Origin: Armatimonadota bacterium | GTDB lineage: Bacteria; Armatimonadota; SYMT01 | Direction: 5' to 3' | DNA: 64,000 bases | Assembly: GCA_046292385.1 (NCBI GenBank) | Contig: JBKBRF010000010.1 | Span: 84,357-148,356 of the forward strand | Shown: piece after piece, positions 60,358-64,000 of the stretch | Layout: the number at the start of each line of letters is the position of its first letter | Numbering within the stretch: the stretch's first letter is position 1 | Notes under the pieces: model-generated | What the model was told of the DNA's origin: nothing | The model's input: only the letters and a program-made list of their open reading frames with translations | Databases searched by the model: none | Program-made: the position numbers and the translations under genes

Positions 60358-61047
60358 ATGCTATGCGAGCACCCCTCCATCGCGCGTGCGGCCCGTGGTA
60401 CTCTCCTGCTGCTGGCGATGACCGGAGTAATCGCCTCGGTCGCTCCTGCCGGCTGGGCAGTGGACCTGGAGGCGTCGAAGCAGGCCCCGCCGCTGCCGGA
60501 TGACCCGATCAATGTCAAGTTCGAAGGCACTCCGCTCCGCGAGGCGCTGAAGCAAGTTCTCGACCAGTCCGGAGCGAAGCTGGAGGTTTCTCCCGTCGTC
60601 CCCGACCTCCCGGTTCGGCTTACGCTCACCGACTTACCGCGAGACCGGGTGGTGCAAGCGATCCTCCGTCAGGCGTCGATCAGGATGCCGGGAGTGCAGT
60701 TGGTCCGGTCGGAGGAAGTCTGGCGTGTCCAGCTTCACGCGGACGATCGGATTGCGACGGCGGCCGAGTATCGGATCAAGTACGAATCTAAAGGTCTGCC
60801 GCTGCGAACGGCCCTCGCCAAAGTGGTGAAAGACACGCCGATCCGGCTCAAGATCGAGCCTGCGGTGGGCAATCCACCGGTGCAGATCAAACCGGTGTAC
60901 CAAACGCGCCACCAGCTTCTGGAGGCGATTGTCGAAGCCGGCCGCCGTGAGCAACCGATGCTGCGACTCATCCCGACCGAGACCGGCTATTCGATCGAGC
61001 TGCAGCGCCCGCCGAACCCGAATGAGGAGCGCCCGGTCAGCAGCTGA
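60358..61047 (+). CDS. Secreted protein with two secretin/STN-like N domains
   Basis: INVKFEGTPLREALKQV...VRLTLTDLP...AIL pattern occurs twice. Confidence 0.6.
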   Translation: MLCEHPSIARAARGTLLLLAMTGVIASVAPAGWAVDLEASKQAPPLPDDPINVKFEGTPLREALKQVLDQSGAKLEVSPVVPDLPVRLTLTDLPRDRVVQAILRQASIRMPGVQLVRSEEVWRVQLHADDRIATAAEYRIKYESKGLPLRTALAKVVKDTPIRLKIEPAVGNPPVQIKPVYQTRHQLLEAIVEAGRREQPMLRLIPTETGYSIELQRPPNPNEERPVSS

Positions 61048-61122
61048 CCGGGACAGCCCTCGGCACGCTGCCGGTTCCGGACCTACTGCTCGGCAGCCGC
61101 GAATCGCGGCGCCGGATCGCCC

Positions 61123-62097
61123 TTAAAGCTCTCCGTCCTCGGAGTGAAGATCCGGCTCCCGGCCCGCCCGGCGCAGCGAGCGGTACTGCCAGTAGGCGGC
61201 GAAGTCCCGGGCGTGCTCCCGGAACGGGAACGGCATGCCCCGCCGGGCGCGGCGGAGCTCGGCGCGGAGGACGCGGAGCCACTCCACCGGGCGCTGGCGG
61301 GCGATCTGCGGGTAGTCCCTCCGGATCTCCGGGTGGCGCAGCAGCCCCTCGATCAGCCAGAGCATGTCGAGCCAGGGCCGGTTGGTCCGGTGGTTGGCCG
61401 AGGTGGTGGAGCCGGGATGATAGCGGAATGAGGCGAGCTCCTGCTCCAGGAAGCCGACGTCGTAATACGCCATGATGCGGATCCACATCTCGAAGTCGCA
61501 TCCCTGGTGGAGCCGCGCGTTGAACCGCCCGAGCCGCCGGAACACCTCGGAGCGCACCAGCACGCAGGTCGGCTCGCCGACCATGTTCACCCGGAACCGG
61601 CGGCGCAGGTACTGCTCGAAGAGGTCTCGCCCGCGATTGATCCGGCCGAGGCGCTCGAACTGGGTGTCGAGCACGCCGTACTCCCGCTTCCAGGCCTGAC
61701 TGCGGGGGTCGTCCGGCTCGTCCAGCAGCACTTCCCGCCGGGAGAAGACCATCCCCACGCTCGGGTGCTCCCGAATCACGGCCGCCATCTCCGGCACGCA
61801 CCGCGGGTGGAGCAGGTCGTCCTGAAACAGCAGCTTCACCAGCTCGCCGCGGGCATGGCCTACCGCCCGGTTCCAGTTGCGCACCAGTCCCACGTTCCGG
61901 GGGTTCCGCTCCACCCGCAGGCGCGGGTCGTCGAACCGGCCGACCACCTCCAGCGTGGCGTCGGTGGAGGCGTCGTCGACCACCACCACTTCCAGCGGCG
62001 CGTACTCCTGGGCGAGCGCGGAGCGGAGCGCCCCCTCGATCCAGGGCGCGCCGTTGTAAGTGGGTATACAGATGGAGACGAGCGGCGCTGCGGACAC
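61123..62097 (-). CDS. Glycosyltransferase family 2
   Basis: VSICIPTYNG, VVDDASTD, NVGLVRNWN, QDD, DFEMW. Confidence 0.93.
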   Translation of the reverse strand: MSAAPLVSICIPTYNGAPWIEGALRSALAQEYAPLEVVVVDDASTDATLEVVGRFDDPRLRVERNPRNVGLVRNWNRAVGHARGELVKLLFQDDLLHPRCVPEMAAVIREHPSVGMVFSRREVLLDEPDDPRSQAWKREYGVLDTQFERLGRINRGRDLFEQYLRRRFRVNMVGEPTCVLVRSEVFRRLGRFNARLHQGCDFEMWIRIMAYYDVGFLEQELASFRYHPGSTTSANHRTNRPWLDMLWLIEGLLRHPEIRRDYPQIARQRPVEWLRVLRAELRRARRGMPFPFREHARDFAAYWQYRSLRRAGREPDLHSEDGEL

Positions 62098-62148
62098 GAC
62101 TTAGACTCTATCAAGGCGGGCGCCGCGGGAAGCAGCCTGCCCCCGCGC

Positions 62149-62175
62149 GTTTCAGGCAAACCCCGGTCTGGGCAA
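62149..62175 (+). promoter_or_regulatory. SigB/SigF-type promoter candidate
   Basis: GTTTC-N16-GGGCAA upstream of 62219. Confidence 0.4.
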
Positions 62176-62218
62176 GTTGTGACACCAATCATCCCCGCAA
62201 AGGAGGACGGAGGACAGC

Positions 62219-62647
62219 ATGGCAGACGAGCGGATCGAGGATGGCATTCAGCACGGAATCGACGATGACCCGAGCAACGACGCGATCAAGGGTGCGACGA
62301 TCGGCGGCATCGGCGGCGCAGCGGTCGGCGCGGCAGCCGGAGCGATGGCGGGGCCGTGGACGGCGGTGATCGGCGCGGTAGCGGGCGGCCTGGCCGGCGC
62401 GGCCGGCAGCGGCGCGGCGGTGGCGGCGATCGACGCGGTCGACAACGACAACACGATGACCGGCCTGGGCGACGGCGTCACCCGTGACGACGACCTCGAC
62501 GACCAGTACGACGACGAGCTGGACGACGACTACACCCAGTCCGCGACCACCGACACCGCGGTCGCCATGCCGGGAGGAACGATCATCCACTACGACGACG
62601 CGGACGCCGCCGACGACCTCGATGACCGCACCCGACGCGTCGGATAG
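62219..62647 (+). CDS. Glycine-zipper protein with acidic tail
   Basis: GATIGGIGGAAVGAAAG...; Asp-rich C-terminus; AGGAGG/GGAGG RBS. Confidence 0.8.
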   Translation: MADERIEDGIQHGIDDDPSNDAIKGATIGGIGGAAVGAAAGAMAGPWTAVIGAVAGGLAGAAGSGAAVAAIDAVDNDNTMTGLGDGVTRDDDLDDQYDDELDDDYTQSATTDTAVAMPGGTIIHYDDADAADDLDDRTRRVG

Positions 62648-62762
62648 TCGAGGCTCCGCCGAGTAGAGCCCCGCCGGCAAACCGGCGGGCTCCCGTTCCA
62701 GGGAGCTAAGCAGGCAAGAGCGCGCGGGGAGGCGAACCTGACGCCACTTCCCGCACCCACGT

Positions 62763-63671
62763 ATGCGCCTCAACCTCCCGATCCTGGACGAGCTCGCCCG
62801 CTGCCGCAGCCTGCTCATCGCGGGCCTGGGCGACGGATACGATCTCTACGCCGGGCTGCCGATCTACTTCGAGCTGCGGCAGCTCGGCGTGAACGTCCAC
62901 CTGGGAAGCCACAGCTTCTCCCCGTTTCTGAACTACCTCAAGGAGGGCGTGCGGCTCTCGCGCACCCTCACCGGAGTCACCGCGGACCACCCCGGCTTCA
63001 CGCTCAACTTCCCGGAGCTCGACCTGGCGCGCTGGCTCCGCCGGGAGCAGGGCGAGGCGGCGACCGTCTGGACTTTCCACAAGTCGGGCGGCCGGCCGAT
63101 GGCGGAGGACTACCACCGGCTCGCCGAGCACCTGGAGCTGGACGGGATCCTGCTGGTGCAGGCGGGAATGCGCGCGCTGCTCCGCGGGGACGAGTCTTCG
63201 GCCGGTGAGGCGGTCGAGGACCTGCTCCACCTGGCGGCAGTCGACAGCCTTGCCGCCGTTCCCCTGCGGCGACTCGCCTGCGTCGGCTTCGGCGCGGAGC
63301 CGGAGGTCCGCACCGCCGACCTGCTGCGGAACACGGCCGACCTCTGCCGCACCGGCGCCTTCCTCGGCAGCTGCTCCCTGCTCCCGCAGATGCCCGCGGC
63401 GCGCCGCTACCTCGATGCGGTCCACGCCCTCCACGCCCTCCCGCACCAGGACCGGAGCGCCGTGAACGCGGCGGTGGTCGCCGCCGTGGAGGGCCGGTTC
63501 GCGGAGGGAGCCTCGGCCGTCCATCCCCTGATGGCCGCCTACTGGCTCTTCGACCTCCCGGCCCTCGCCGAAAAGAACCTCTTCGTCCCCGCCCTCCGGG
63601 AAACCGAAAGCGCCCGGGAGGCTCTGTACGTCATTACGAAGGTTCGCAGCGAGACGGGAAGGGACGTGTAA
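62763..63671 (+). CDS. DUF1152 domain protein
   Basis: LIAGLGDGYDLYAGLPIYFEL, LLRGDE, ACVGFG, PLMAAYWLFDL. Confidence 0.8.
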   Translation: MRLNLPILDELARCRSLLIAGLGDGYDLYAGLPIYFELRQLGVNVHLGSHSFSPFLNYLKEGVRLSRTLTGVTADHPGFTLNFPELDLARWLRREQGEAATVWTFHKSGGRPMAEDYHRLAEHLELDGILLVQAGMRALLRGDESSAGEAVEDLLHLAAVDSLAAVPLRRLACVGFGAEPEVRTADLLRNTADLCRTGAFLGSCSLLPQMPAARRYLDAVHALHALPHQDRSAVNAAVVAAVEGRFAEGASAVHPLMAAYWLFDLPALAEKNLFVPALRETESAREALYVITKVRSETGRDV

Positions 63672-63676
63672 GAAAA

Positions 63677-63765
63677 GGAGATGTGGGGATGGGGGAACGG
63701 GGATGAGGGGGATGGGAGCCAACCGAACTCAGCTCCTTCTCATTCTCGTTCTCCTACTCCTACTC
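63677..63765. repeat. Low-complexity arms (GGGGATG)n and (CTCCTA/CTCGTT)n
   Basis: ggggatgggggaacggggatgagggggatggg, then ctccttctcattctcgttctcctactcctactc. Confidence 0.55.
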
Positions 63766-64000
63766 AAAGGGCCAGTCGAGTCAGGGCTTCCGCGCGATCG
63801 TAGAGCGAGTACTCCCTGGTTCGGGACGGCATTCCGGTGAGCAACTCCCTGGGCCGAGAGGCTCCACAAAGCGGAAGCGAGCTTCCGCACTTGTATGTTA
63901 GCTCCAGGTGGGAAGGAAGAAGAAGGTCACCCGCACTTGCCGCCCTTCGGGGACGGACGTTTGGAGAAGACCTCTTCTTCCCTCTCACCGCCGATGAGGA

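Noticed and set aside
63764..64000. CDS at the right window edge
   Set aside because: Atypical composition and no recognisable product; cannot be judged without flanking sequence

Overview
Very GC-rich bacterial chromosomal window. The gene mix (PQQ-type propellers, DUF1501, DUF1552/DUF1592, DUF1080, sulfatase, Tat oxidoreductase) suggests a diderm of the Armatimonadota/PVC/Acidobacteria type; taxonomy is inferred only. About 55 real CDSs can be picked out of many GC-driven shadow ORFs. I see no rRNA, tRNA, CRISPR array or intact transposase/integrase. The best candidate for an undescribed system is a minus-strand heavy-metal locus at 52604-56010. A P1B ATPase is followed by a Cys-rich DUF2946/CruR-like leader ending in an RGPP arrest motif, then by a predicted outer-membrane beta-barrel. 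The ORF caller splits the barrel gene because it has two in-frame UGA codons (U-P-S-U) followed by a SECIS-like hairpin, making it a probable UxxU selenoprotein. Other highlights: a consensus sigma-54 promoter and intrinsic terminator defining an unannotated ~60-nt sRNA (14017-14101), an HpnP-like hopanoid C-2 methylase, an Rpn-like nuclease with a candidate intragenic antitoxin start inside an ABC operon, a stand-alone MshEN-like protein, and many intergenic inverted-repeat cassettes that resemble intact or decayed four-helix-bundle/GxxExxY elements. All family calls come from motif recognition, not database searches.
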